64,000 nt of DNA from Truepera sp. Lineage in GTDB: Bacteria > Deinococcota > Deinococci > Deinococcales > Trueperaceae. The first letter of the stretch is position 1; each line of letters begins with the position of its first letter. The stretch is from positions 64,001 to 128,000 of the forward strand of contig CBDCKW010000005.1 in NCBI GenBank assembly GCA_965218435.1, read 5' to 3'. The position numbers and the translations under genes were made by a program. This document shows, one piece after another, positions 44,233 through 55,338 of the stretch. The notes beneath the pieces were generated by a model. The model ran no database searches and was not told the origin of the DNA. It saw nothing but the letters and a program-made list of their open reading frames with translations.

Positions 44233-44350
44233 CACGCCTCAAACCTGGCTAAGCCCTACTCGAGCGCCCCAACCCCCGCCTTAATTACATGACCTCCCAG
44301 ATCACCCGCGCCCTACAACGCCTAACAAAACGCCCGACCAACCACGAAAA

Positions 44351-44522
44351 TACACCTTATTAAGACGTACAACCCTACCCTCACCACCCCCCTTAGAGCA
44401 ACTCGAGCCTTCCCCTTTTGGTTTACCAGATAGTTTACTAATTGGGAGACCAGACTCGAGGAAAGAGGATGAGAAGATGGGTGCTCGAGGAGGTTGGTGG
44501 TTGTACGTTTTAATAAGGTGTA
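44351..44522. repeat. 24-bp inverted repeat pair, 124-bp spacer
   Basis: TACACCTTATTAAGACGTACAACC (44351) vs GGTTGTACGTTTTAATAAGGTGTA (44499), 1 mismatch. Confidence 0.9.
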
Positions 44523-44545
44523 TGGTGGTTTAGGAGGTGAGGGTT

Positions 44546-45304
44546 GTGGAAGGAGCTGAGAACCGAGCCGATAGGACCTACGCCCATTTTCACCGGGTTT
44601 TAGGGACGTTACTGACAGAACTGGGAGCGTTGCCAGGGGTGATCTGGCTGACCGACCAGCGGCACGTGTTGCGTGGTGACGGGGAGCGTAACGACTATGC
44701 TTGGGCAATCTACCGGGTAGGTGAGTTGGAGCCTTACCGTGAGTCGTTAGCTGAACTCGAAGCGGTGCAGCAGCGAGCCGTAACAGAAATGGGTTTAGGA
44801 CAGGTTCCCAGAGAGCTGCTGTTACCGCAGGTGATCGAAGGAGTGACCCATGTCCAGCTGGGGGAAAGTGGGGGCTACCGGAGTTCTCCCAAGGAGAAGA
44901 AGGCTGTGTTGGCCATTCTCGAGACCGCCCTTAGAACCACCCGGAAGAATCTAGGTGAGTTCCAGCGGTATGGAGTGAAAGACGAGGGCACCCGGCGGTT
45001 GGGGGCTGAAGTCGAGGCTATCGAAAAGGTCAAAGAAACGGTATTGGAAGCGCCCGAGCAGCCCTACCGTGTCAGGGTCTGGCAGCCCCAACGGTTTAAT
45101 CCCTATATCTACCAGGGTGACGCCGAGCCTAGACAAGTCAGGTGTCGGAAACATGGGCTGATTTTAGTAGGTGAGTCCATTGGGATGAGGCCGCCCCGTG
45201 AGGTAAGACGGGTGCGGAGCGATAAGCGCAAGCTCGAACCTTTATTCGCGTTTGGCAGGACGCAAGTCTATCTTGAACGCGACTGGCAGGCGGCGAAGGA
45301 ATGA
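44546..45304 (+). CDS. hypothetical DNA-binding protein, possibly distant Tus-like
   Basis: AGGAGG RBS at 44532; segment-wise resemblance to Tus (function tentative). Confidence 0.55.
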   Translation: MEGAENRADRTYAHFHRVLGTLLTELGALPGVIWLTDQRHVLRGDGERNDYAWAIYRVGELEPYRESLAELEAVQQRAVTEMGLGQVPRELLLPQVIEGVTHVQLGESGGYRSSPKEKKAVLAILETALRTTRKNLGEFQRYGVKDEGTRRLGAEVEAIEKVKETVLEAPEQPYRVRVWQPQRFNPYIYQGDAEPRQVRCRKHGLILVGESIGMRPPREVRRVRSDKRKLEPLFAFGRTQVYLERDWQAAKE

Positions 45305-45365
45305 GCGACGTTGGCGAAAGGATAATCCATGAGTTGCAGGCGATCCGTAAAGCGCTCGAGGGTTC
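45301..45365 (+). repeat. gene-head copy 1 (truncated 5' end of the 47088 gene)
   Basis: MSDVGERIIHELQAIRKALEGS; 56/65 nt identical to 47088-47152. Confidence 0.9.
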
Positions 45366-45434
45366 TAATAGCGAGCACCAGGCCTGACGATCTACACCGA
45401 TGTTTCGTCAGCCCGCTGTACTACAATGACAAGC

Positions 45435-45695
45435 ATGGTGGACACCGATCTTACCCTCACTCTCCCGCGTGACGTCCTCGAGTCCGCCCGCCTCAGCGTC
45501 CAGGAAGCCAAGCAGGAGCTCGCCGTAAGCCTCTACGCTCAGGGGCGTTTGTCGGTCGGCAAAGCCAGAGAACTCGCCGGGATGTCCCTCTGGGCCTTTC
45601 GCCAGCTGCTCGCCGCTCGCGGCGTCTCCCCCCACTTCGGTGTGATGGATCTCGAAGAGGATCTGGAGACGTTGCGAGCCCTCGGGCGGTTGTGA
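45435..45695 (+). CDS. UPF0175-type antitoxin
   Basis: LAVSLYAQGRLSVGKARELAGMS; TACAAT 7 nt before ATG. Confidence 0.85.
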   Translation: MVDTDLTLTLPRDVLESARLSVQEAKQELAVSLYAQGRLSVGKARELAGMSLWAFRQLLAARGVSPHFGVMDLEEDLETLRALGRL

Positions 45696-46186
45696 GGGTC
45701 GTTTCCAACACCTCGCCGCTGACGAACCTCGCTGCCATCGGCCAGTTTGGGCTGCTCGGACAACTCTATGGGCGGCTATCCATCGCCAAGGGTGTTTGGG
45801 ATGAGCTGAACGCCTTCGGACACGCTTGGCCGGGACGGGCAGAGACCGCCTCGGCCAGCTGGTTGGGGCATCACGAGGTTCGCAACACCCCGCTGGTCGA
45901 AACCCTGCGGCGCGACCTCGACCGGGGGGAGGCTGAGACCATCGCCCTAGCGCTTGAACTGCAGGCTGACCTGGTGCTTATGGACGAGCGCGAGGGGCGT
46001 CACGCGGCGCAGCGTTTAGGACTGAGGACAGTCGGGGTCGTCGGCGTCTTGTTAGACGCCAAGCAGCAGGGGCACCTGTCCGCGGTTCAGCCCGCGTTCG
46101 ATGCGCTACGCGCCGCCGGATTTTACCTGGGCGGGCCGGTCTACCGTAAAGGGCTCGAGCTCGCTGGAGAGTCTACCGATAGCTAG
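45692..46186 (+). CDS. DUF3368-type PIN-domain toxin
   Basis: VSNTSPL, LDRGEAETIALA, MDEREG; GTGA overlap. Confidence 0.88.
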   Translation: MRVVSNTSPLTNLAAIGQFGLLGQLYGRLSIAKGVWDELNAFGHAWPGRAETASASWLGHHEVRNTPLVETLRRDLDRGEAETIALALELQADLVLMDEREGRHAAQRLGLRTVGVVGVLLDAKQQGHLSAVQPAFDALRAAGFYLGGPVYRKGLELAGESTDS

Positions 46187-46249
46187 GCCGGGTACCCACC
46201 ACCAACGACAAACTTCTAGGCGCTTCGGGGTCGGGCAGGTGTTTTATCG

Positions 46250-46294
46250 GTGAGCGACGTAGGGAGAGGATGATCCGCGAGTTGCAGGCGATTC
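46250..46294 (+). repeat. gene-head copy 2
   Basis: GTGAGCGACGTAGGGAGAGGATGATCCGCGAGTTGCAGGCGATTC. Confidence 0.85.
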
Positions 46295-46338
46295 ACATCC
46301 GCTACGACACTTGACTTGTACATGTTGTACACTAGGTC

Positions 46339-46590
46339 ATGAACAAGCCACTACCAACCGAAGTCACCGCCAGTGCGCTGCGCGACAACCTCGCGGCCTA
46401 CTTAGACGCCGCCGAGCACGGTGCCACTATTACCATCACCCGCCGGGGCCGCCCCAGCCTCCAACTCGCCGTGGTCGAGGAGACGCCCGAAGCCTTGGAC
46501 CTCGAGGACCTGCGCGCGTTCCGAGCGTCGCTGGGGGTAAGCGTTGAGCAGAGTGGGGTCGTCGCTGCCCGGCAGGACGAGCGGTATTAG
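46339..46590 (+). CDS. Phd/YefM antitoxin
   Basis: LRDNLAAYLD..ITITRRGRP; operator TGTACA-TGT-TGTACA (46317-46331) over a leaderless -10 TACACT. Confidence 0.88.
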   Translation: MNKPLPTEVTASALRDNLAAYLDAAEHGATITITRRGRPSLQLAVVEETPEALDLEDLRAFRASLGVSVEQSGVVAARQDERY

Positions 46591-47041
46591 GTACTACGAC
46601 ACCAGCGCCGTACTGCCGCTTTATCTGGATGAACCTGCCACTAGAGCAGCCCACGACGCTCTAACGCGTGACGCCGGGCAACTCGTGACGTCGGTCCTGA
46701 CGCTCGTTGAGGTGCGCTCGGGGCTCGCCCGCTATGGACGGGAAGGTTTACTGAACGCTCTACAGATCGAAGCTGTTTTTGAGCGAGTTCAGCATGACTT
46801 GGAACGCACCCCCCGCCGGCTCGAGCTCACCCCTGAAGTTTTAGCCGAAGCCGTGAGGCTTTTCAAAACGCAGACGACCTTGCCGCTGCGAACGTCCGAC
46901 ACGCTGCACGTTGCCAGCTGCTTGCGTTACGGTACCCGTGGCTTCGTAACGGGCGACCACCAGCAGGCGCGTCTCGCCCAAGTGGTAGGGCTAGACGTGC
47001 ACCTGCTTGAAGGCGGCTACGAGGGAGAAAACAGTCTATGA
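46586..47041 (+). CDS. vapC: VapC PIN toxin
   Basis: YDTSA, LVEV, LRTSDTLHVA, VTGD; start ATT 46586 or TTG 46544. Confidence 0.85.
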   Translation: MRYYDTSAVLPLYLDEPATRAAHDALTRDAGQLVTSVLTLVEVRSGLARYGREGLLNALQIEAVFERVQHDLERTPRRLELTPEVLAEAVRLFKTQTTLPLRTSDTLHVASCLRYGTRGFVTGDHQQARLAQVVGLDVHLLEGGYEGENSL

Positions 47042-47087
47042 AGTCAAGAGAGGAAATCTGCTGTTGCAAATCAAGCGAGGCAGTTAG

Positions 47088-47654
47088 ATGAGCGATGTCG
47101 GGGAGCGGATGATCCGTGAGTTGCAGGCGATTCGTAAGGCGCTCGAGGGTTCGCAACCGTTGGGGTTTGGCAAGAAGGCGCAACCAGTGTATGTGTTCGT
47201 TAAGCATTCACCGGAAAGTCTCTGGTACAGCCGGGACAAGGCAGTAGGGGAGAACGTACCGATTCTCGAACGTGATCTGACCGGCTATCTGGTCAACCTC
47301 TGGCGTTTCGATAGGCCAGATGAGGCAACGGGGGAGACCGTACCCAAACTTATGGTTCAAGTTCACGCTGACCGCGAGTACATCGTCCAGAGCGGCTTCG
47401 AAACCAACTTCAGTAAAAGTTTACTGGCAGGGCTTTTAGAGCTCGAGGTGACCGAGCTAAAAAATCCCCTTACCTTGGTGGTCGAGGACAACACGGGTGG
47501 GCGGGGGAGACCTACGGTGTTTTGCCGGGTTGAGGTGCAGGGGCAGCGGCTCAAACCTGCTTTTAACCGGACAGTCGTTGCCGAGGAGCTGCTGGGGCAG
47601 GTACAGGCACGCTTTGATTTCAGTTCACCCTATACCGCAGAGGATGGTATCTAA
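47088..47654 (+). CDS. hypothetical beta-rich protein (full-length gene carrying gene-head copy 3)
   Basis: 188-aa ORF with GAGG RBS. Confidence 0.75.
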   Translation: MSDVGERMIRELQAIRKALEGSQPLGFGKKAQPVYVFVKHSPESLWYSRDKAVGENVPILERDLTGYLVNLWRFDRPDEATGETVPKLMVQVHADREYIVQSGFETNFSKSLLAGLLELEVTELKNPLTLVVEDNTGGRGRPTVFCRVEVQGQRLKPAFNRTVVAEELLGQVQARFDFSSPYTAEDGI

Positions 47655-47684
47655 AGCTGAACTTTCTTTTGGCAGTAACATACC

Positions 47685-48030
47685 TTAGATGGAGTCGGCC
47701 AGCCTCACCAGCTCTGCCTTGTCATGTACCATGCCGCAAAAGAGTAATGACGGTTCAGAGGCCAGATCGTTTTGCCGGTAGCCGTCAATGCTCGCACCAC
47801 TGACCGAGACCAAGGGGTAAATACGGCTGGAAAAATCGGGCGAACCGCCGAGCTCCTTGACTCTGTATGAGATTCCTAAAAGTGCCGCGAGCTGACCCCA
47901 TACAGAGCCACCTATACAGTCGGGATCAACCTTGTAGCACTCGGCTTTGGGCCGTAACCAGCGCACCGCCGCCTTGCAGTTGTAGAGGTGGGTCAGGCTA
48001 AGCTGGTAGTCGACTAGTGCTCTGTCCAGA
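47685..48030 (-). pseudogene. alpha/beta esterase relic
   Basis: DYQLS..CKAAVRWLR..VDPD.IG..GQLAALLG, degraded. Confidence 0.55.
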
Positions 48031-48141
48031 TAGAACTAAGGGATTGTTTTTAAGGCACTTTTTGCGTCAGCAACAGGGTCATAAACTCTCAAGTTTATCC
48101 CTCTATACTACCTAGTCGGTGTACTAGCCCAAGTTTGGAGT

Positions 48142-48375
48142 TCAGATCAGAACCGGTAGCTGCGCTAACTCTTGCGGAAACTGTATGAAAGGTTTTCTGA
48201 TCTGGTGAGTGTAAGCTATCAGACCAGCAACCAAGTTAACGGCGAAGTTGGTTGGACTGCAGTGCCGGGTATGCTCGATTTGAGAGATGCTTTTCAGCTG
48301 ATCATTGATGGTCTCGATGATGAAGCGTTTACGGAACAAAAGCTTATCAGTAAGCGGCATAAATCTGGCTTTCAT
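48142..48375 (-). pseudogene. IS982-like transposase C-terminal fragment
   Basis: RKRFIIETINDQLK..QIEHTRH.SPTNF. Confidence 0.75.
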
Positions 48376-48663
48376 GCTTTTATTAAATGAAGTTACTTAG
48401 TCTGGCGCAAACAAAAGTCGTCTGACATTTTCAAACCTTGCATCAAGTGGTATGCAAATTAGTGGCAAACGTTTTACAACACTCCCATCGCTATGTTGAA
48501 AAATCTATATGTCGGTACCACTATCCAAATCGCTCACGTTAGTTGATAACTGCTCAGAACTAGTGGCGTTCAGGCTATAATTTTCAGCTAACCTAAGTTC
48601 ATTAGTTCATTTCGGTTGCGGAGTCTACTCTTGGATCATAGACAGTTATACCTTGAATTCCAA

Positions 48664-50291
<1,628 letters not shown>

Positions 50292-50394
50292 CTACTGGAA
50301 GCCGCGTAACGAAACCGCCTCTTCCACTTAGAAAGCTCTAAACACCGGATGGGGGCTGTAGCTTTGGTAAAACTCGGGTACGAACAAGTCGGCG

Positions 50395-51504
50395 TCAGGA
50401 TAGGTAGTCAGGGTCGGGGTCGGGCAGGGGATTGAAAAAGGTGCGGTCATACAGGACGTCTACCTGACCCTTGACGCCTTGTAGGTGCAGCTGCTCGCCC
50501 TCGTAGCTGAGGTCTAAAAGCCGCTCGAAGCCTGGAGGTACGGCGACCAATCCAAACGCGTAGCGAACCTCGAGCTGCACTTCTGGCGCAAGTGTCAGAG
50601 CGGTACGGTAGCCCTGGTCGCTGAGCGGATTAGGGGCGATCGAGGCGGCGTGACCCAGGTGAAAGTAACTCGTGACCTCTTCGATACCGATAACCCGTTC
50701 GTGTCGTCCTGAAAAAGGTGCGTAGTCACGGCCGCCGTTGCTGAGCCAGAGCATGGTGCTTTGCAGCGTGGCGGGCATTTTAAGCGCGAACCAGAGCCAA
50801 CCTGCTCGCGGGGCGCACGCGGCTGACCAGGCCAGCGGAGCGTCTTGCGAAACGAGCATTAAAATCTCTTCACTGCGCTCCAGCACCGGGAAAGTGCTGA
50901 GGTCTACCTGTTCCCCCACCTGAGTTTTTACGGCGGCCAAGTCATCAAAAGCTTGTGGATAGGCGAGCCGCGAACGTCCACCGGTCGCGTCGGTCTCGAC
51001 GGGTTCTGGAGGCGTTCCGCCCCACACCCACGGCGAGAAACTCAGCTTGAGGGGTTCGTCCGCTCGCAGCATCACGTGATGACCGATAGGGAGGCTCGAG
51101 CTGCCGCCGGAAAAAATGTGGCGTTGATAGACAAGGGGCTGCTCCTCGCGCAGGGAAACTTCTTTGCTTACGCGAGCGCCTGCGGCCTTACCGTCAAGCT
51201 CATAGCGGAGGAATAGGGGGTTTGCCTCTTTAAGCAACCAAGTGCCATTAGCAGTACGCCCGTGAGGTCGAATTTCCTCAAGGAGAAGGTCGTTGTCGCC
51301 GAAGGGAGCACAAAAAAAGTCGCCTTGCAGGTTTTGTAACATGGGGGGCAGGTCGGGGTGAGGTTTGCCTAACCAGGGCGCGCGGTGCAGAGGTTTAACG
51401 GTTTGACCCTCTAAAAAAAAACACACGGGCTCGAGCTGCCCACCCACTGGGTTCAACCCGACTTCAATTAAGCCGTTGCTGAGCGTATGGCTGTGTTCGG
51501 TCAT
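50395..51504 (-). CDS. hypothetical protein, possibly mutarotase-like
   Basis: PLHRAPW, GDFFCAPFG, PHG.TAN; in operon. Confidence 0.7.
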   Translation of the reverse strand: MTEHSHTLSNGLIEVGLNPVGGQLEPVCFFLEGQTVKPLHRAPWLGKPHPDLPPMLQNLQGDFFCAPFGDNDLLLEEIRPHGRTANGTWLLKEANPLFLRYELDGKAAGARVSKEVSLREEQPLVYQRHIFSGGSSSLPIGHHVMLRADEPLKLSFSPWVWGGTPPEPVETDATGGRSRLAYPQAFDDLAAVKTQVGEQVDLSTFPVLERSEEILMLVSQDAPLAWSAACAPRAGWLWFALKMPATLQSTMLWLSNGGRDYAPFSGRHERVIGIEEVTSYFHLGHAASIAPNPLSDQGYRTALTLAPEVQLEVRYAFGLVAVPPGFERLLDLSYEGEQLHLQGVKGQVDVLYDRTFFNPLPDPDPDYLS

Positions 51505-51516
51505 CAACTGCTCCTC

Positions 51517-52407
51517 TCAGCTTGCAAACAAGCGGTTCCCTTCCTGACGTAGCCGACCTGCAGCCTGGAGTTCGCGGACTTGCACCTCCAACATGGCGTA
51601 ACCGCGAAACTCGGGTTCTTTGCCGAGCGCCCTAGAGACGTCTCGCCATAGTGCCTCGAAAGGGACGCCGGTTGCCGCCTCGAGCGTAGCGGTTTCTACG
51701 TCGTCTAAAAATGTGCGTGTGGCAGCGATAGCGTCCAGCGCCCCCTCAGCGTGCAGCGGGTGATGATGGCTCGAGAGGACGCGGGTGACACGGCCCGTTT
51801 CGATCAGCGTCTCAAGCCGCGTCAAGCTCTGCTGAAACCCCGCTGCAGTCTGAAAGCCGTGAAAAAACGGAGCTGCCAGCGCGAGCAGCACGTCGCCCAG
51901 AATGAGCGTGCCGGAATGAAGCTCTAAAAACCCGACTTCCTCGAGCTTGTGTCCGGGAAACGCCAGCGTCAAAAGCTCGGTGTCGTCGTCCAGGCGAAAG
52001 CGTATGTGTTCAGCCAGCACCAAGTCAACTTGGACGGGTGCGTCCAGCAGATCCAAAACCTCGGTACGCTGCTCCGCTGAGTCCGGGAGAGCGTCGGTAC
52101 GGCAAAACTCGCGGTAGTGTACGTCGTAATCCTCGAGCCAAGAGAGGGCACCGGCGGCAGCAAACTGTGCGCTGGTCGCCTCAAAAACGGCGGCGTTGCA
52201 ACCTATGTGGTCGGCGTGGGCGTGGGTGAGCAGAACGAACTTCGGAGTGTTGACCTCTTGGCAAAGCTCGAGAATCGCCCCTTTCATGCTCGCAATCCCC
52301 GTGTCGATGAGGACGCTGTAGCGTTGCCCTTTGACCGCGTAAACGTACAACTCAACGCCGGGCATAAGTTCGGTGTGGGCGTAGTGAAGGATCCCGTCTA
52401 GCTTCAC
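51517..52407 (-). CDS. MBL-fold metallohydrolase
   Basis: [14 protein letters not shown]. Confidence 0.9.
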   Translation of the reverse strand: MKLDGILHYAHTELMPGVELYVYAVKGQRYSVLIDTGIASMKGAILELCQEVNTPKFVLLTHAHADHIGCNAAVFEATSAQFAAAGALSWLEDYDVHYREFCRTDALPDSAEQRTEVLDLLDAPVQVDLVLAEHIRFRLDDDTELLTLAFPGHKLEEVGFLELHSGTLILGDVLLALAAPFFHGFQTAAGFQQSLTRLETLIETGRVTRVLSSHHHPLHAEGALDAIAATRTFLDDVETATLEAATGVPFEALWRDVSRALGKEPEFRGYAMLEVQVRELQAAGRLRQEGNRLFAS

Positions 52408-53633
52408 GGCACCTCTCCTTTCGGGTCAGCAAATCGAGGGTTGGGCAGTACGCTGTACCAACCCTTACGGGCCGGGTCACGGTCGTAAGGATAGCCACCC
52501 AATTCTTTATAAAGTTCGTGATACTGGGCAAGCTTGTCGTAATCGAGTTCGACGCCGAGGCCAGGCCCCTTGGGAAGCTGAATACAGCCACCTTGATAGC
52601 TCAGTTTGCCGCCTTTAATGATGTCGTCTTGCAGGTGATGATAGTGCGCGTCGGCGGCGAAGCTCAGGTTCGGCAAGGCTGCGCCTAGGTGCAGCATGGT
52701 GGCGAGTTGAATCCCCAATTCACCTGAGGAGTGGACGCACGCACCGAGCTGAAAAGTCTCGAGTATCTGTCCGGCTTTATAAGCTTGCCGTAACCCGCCC
52801 CAAAAGGTAGTATCGAGCAAAATCACGTCGATAGCTTCGGTACGGACGCAACTGGCGAGCTGCTCGAAGTTGACGACTACCGTGTTGGTCGCCGTAGGGA
52901 TACGGACAAAGTGCCGCACGCGGCGCAGCGCCTCGAGCCCGTAGCACGGGTCTTCGTAATAGTCGTTGTTGAGGTCTTCGATAGCCTGACCCATCCGGAT
53001 GGCGGTTTCAGCACTCCATACGGCGTTAGGGTCTAGACGCAAACCGGCGTCTGGAAACGCGGCGGCGAGCGCACGGTACACCTCGACCTCGTATTCGGGG
53101 GGGAACACCCCTCCCTTAAGCTTATGGCTTCGGAAGCCGTGTCGCGCGGTCAAGGCTTGGGCGTGGGCAACGATCTGCTCGGCGGTTGTCTCGCCGCCCA
53201 AACCGGTTTCCTCGTTAGGGTAGCGAAAAAACAGATAGCTGGCAAACGGGATCTGTTCCCTTACTGCGCCCCCTAACAGGTCGCAGGCACGGACGCCTAG
53301 ATGCTTACCGACCACATCCAGACAGGCGAACTCGAGCGCGGCGTGAAGCTGGGTGCGGTTGTTGTATAAGGAGGCCGTAGGGTTCATGATCTTCCAGCGG
53401 AGCTGCTCGAGCTGCAAGGGGTCGTGACCCAATAGGTAGGTTTTAAGACCTCTAAAGGCCAGCTCTGCTGACTCGCCGCCGCCGCCCATCTCACCGACCC
53501 CGACGAGCCCGTTGTCCGCTTCGACCTCGACGATGGTACGGACAAATCTGCCCCAATGCGCGCCGCTGGCGTGACGTAGCGGTGCCTCGAGCGGTACGGT
53601 CACGGTCGTCGCACGAATATCGACAATTTTCAT
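52404..53633 (-). CDS. enolase-superfamily glucarate-dehydratase-like protein
   Basis: KLKGG, DPN, EDP, ATN, HS. Confidence 0.9.
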   Translation of the reverse strand: MKIVDIRATTVTVPLEAPLRHASGAHWGRFVRTIVEVEADNGLVGVGEMGGGGESAELAFRGLKTYLLGHDPLQLEQLRWKIMNPTASLYNNRTQLHAALEFACLDVVGKHLGVRACDLLGGAVREQIPFASYLFFRYPNEETGLGGETTAEQIVAHAQALTARHGFRSHKLKGGVFPPEYEVEVYRALAAAFPDAGLRLDPNAVWSAETAIRMGQAIEDLNNDYYEDPCYGLEALRRVRHFVRIPTATNTVVVNFEQLASCVRTEAIDVILLDTTFWGGLRQAYKAGQILETFQLGACVHSSGELGIQLATMLHLGAALPNLSFAADAHYHHLQDDIIKGGKLSYQGGCIQLPKGPGLGVELDYDKLAQYHELYKELGGYPYDRDPARKGWYSVLPNPRFADPKGEVP

Positions 53634-53657
53634 GCGCCAACTTTCATGCAGTAACTC

Positions 53658-54455
53658 TCATACGGCGTCCGCCTTGGGTTCGCCACCTAGCGGCAGCAGC
53701 AAACCCCCGTCGGCGACGATGACTGCGCCAGTGATAAACGAGGCACGTTTAGAGGCGAGAAACACCACGACTTCGGCGATCTCTTCGGGGCGGGCAATCC
53801 GTCCCAGAGGGTGCATGGCGTTGACTTCGGACATCACCGTTTCGGGGTGGCCGTCAAGTGAGGCCGCCCAGTGCAGCATGGGGGTGTCGACCGTACCGGG
53901 GGCGACGCAGTTAACGCGCACCCCGTCACGCGCGGCGTCGAGCGCCATACTCCGCGTCAAACCGATCAGCCCGTGTTTGGAGGTGGTGTAAGCGGCGACG
54001 TTGCGCTGGGTGGCAAACGCCTGCACCGACGCCATATTGACGATGCTGCCCCGCGTTTTTTTAAGGTGAGGGAGCGCGTATTGGGAAATCAGATAAACGC
54101 CTTTCAAGTTGACGTTCATGACCTCATCCCAGACCGCTTCGGGGGTGGTTTCTACCGTACCGTAACGCTGAATCCCTGCGTTGTTGGAGACGATCTCGAG
54201 GCTGCTGAAACGTTCTAGACAGGTCGTAAGCGCAGCTTTGACCTCGGCGGCGTTCGACACATCTGCCGGGAGGGTCAGCACCGCTGCACCCAGCTGTCTG
54301 AGCTTTTGAGCTGTCTGCTCGAGCGCCTCGGCATCGCGGTCTAAGAGGGCCAGCTTCGCGCCCCGCTCGGCAAAAAGCTGCGCCACTGCGCCGCCTATGC
54401 CCATCGCCGCGCCTGTGACGAGCGCTGTTTTGCCGCTGAATTCGGCTTGACTCAT
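53658..54455 (-). CDS. SDR oxidoreductase
   Basis: TGAAMGIG, NNAG, YTTSK. Confidence 0.92.
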   Translation of the reverse strand: MSQAEFSGKTALVTGAAMGIGGAVAQLFAERGAKLALLDRDAEALEQTAQKLRQLGAAVLTLPADVSNAAEVKAALTTCLERFSSLEIVSNNAGIQRYGTVETTPEAVWDEVMNVNLKGVYLISQYALPHLKKTRGSIVNMASVQAFATQRNVAAYTTSKHGLIGLTRSMALDAARDGVRVNCVAPGTVDTPMLHWAASLDGHPETVMSEVNAMHPLGRIARPEEIAEVVVFLASKRASFITGAVIVADGGLLLPLGGEPKADAV

Positions 54456-54504
54456 CTCACCCCCCACGACCGTCTTAGCCGATGTCTAGTCATTGTGTGT
54501 CTAG

Positions 54505-55338
54505 TCATCGTGCGCCGACACCTACCGTAAGACCCTGGATAAAGTAGCGCTGCAAGAACAAAAAGAGCAGCAGCGTAGGCAAACTGGCGATCAGCGCAGC
54601 GGTAATAATCGTCGGGGCTGAGGTCGCGCCGTAAATCCCCTGCATCCCGACGAGCGTGACCATAATGGGGCGCACCGTATCTGATTTGGTTAAAATCAAC
54701 CCGAAGAGCAGATCGTTCCAAATCCAAGAAAATTGGATCAGTAATAGCAGAATAAGTGGAGCTCTAGCGAGCGGCATCATCAACCGCCAAAAGACGCCCC
54801 AGCTGCTCGCGCCGTCGAGGGTAGCGGCTTCTTGAAGTTCCCAGGGTACGGTCAAGAAAAAGCCGCGCATCACAAAAACACAAAACGGAATACAGATGGC
54901 GATGTAAAAGAGCAGCATCCCGAGCCGCGTGTCGTAGAGCTGCGTGTTGAGATACAGGTTGAAGAGCGGGATCAGGTACATCTGAAAGGGGAATACCGTA
55001 CCGCTATAAAGCAGCAAAAACCAGAAGAGCCCGCGCGGGATTTTAAGCCGCACAATCCCGAAGGCGGCGAGCGCAGCACAAAAAACGGCCCCTACTGCGC
55101 CTAAGACGCCGTAAATCAGGCTGTTGACAAAACCCGGTCCAAGCCCTTTGCCCCACGCATCTTGAATGTTGGTGAGCAGGTTGAAGGTTTGGGGCCAGTT
55201 AAGGCTCGAGCCCAGCGTATAGTCCTGAGCCGTTTTGAAGCTGTTCATGAGCAAGATGCCCAGCGGCAAAATCCATATCAGCGTGATCAGGAGCGCCAGC
55301 CCCCACTGACTCCAGCGCTGCCAAGGGGGTGGGGTCAT
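54505..55338 (-). CDS. carbohydrate ABC permease
   Basis: EAATLDGA. Confidence 0.92.
   Translation of the reverse strand: MTPPPWQRWSQWGLALLITLIWILPLGILLMNSFKTAQDYTLGSSLNWPQTFNLLTNIQDAWGKGLGPGFVNSLIYGVLGAVGAVFCAALAAFGIVRLKIPRGLFWFLLLYSGTVFPFQMYLIPLFNLYLNTQLYDTRLGMLLFYIAICIPFCVFVMRGFFLTVPWELQEAATLDGASSWGVFWRLMMPLARAPLILLLLIQFSWIWNDLLFGLILTKSDTVRPIMVTLVGMQGIYGATSAPTIITAALIASLPTLLLFLFLQRYFIQGLTVGVGAR

Noticed and set aside
44322..44708. 128-aa minus-strand ORF and other antisense ORFs in the track
   Set aside because: These are shadow ORFs of GC-rich genes; this one crosses the inverted repeat and has no motif.
54482..54508. Tandem TGTCTAGTCAT duplication
   Set aside because: Two copies only; likely local slippage.
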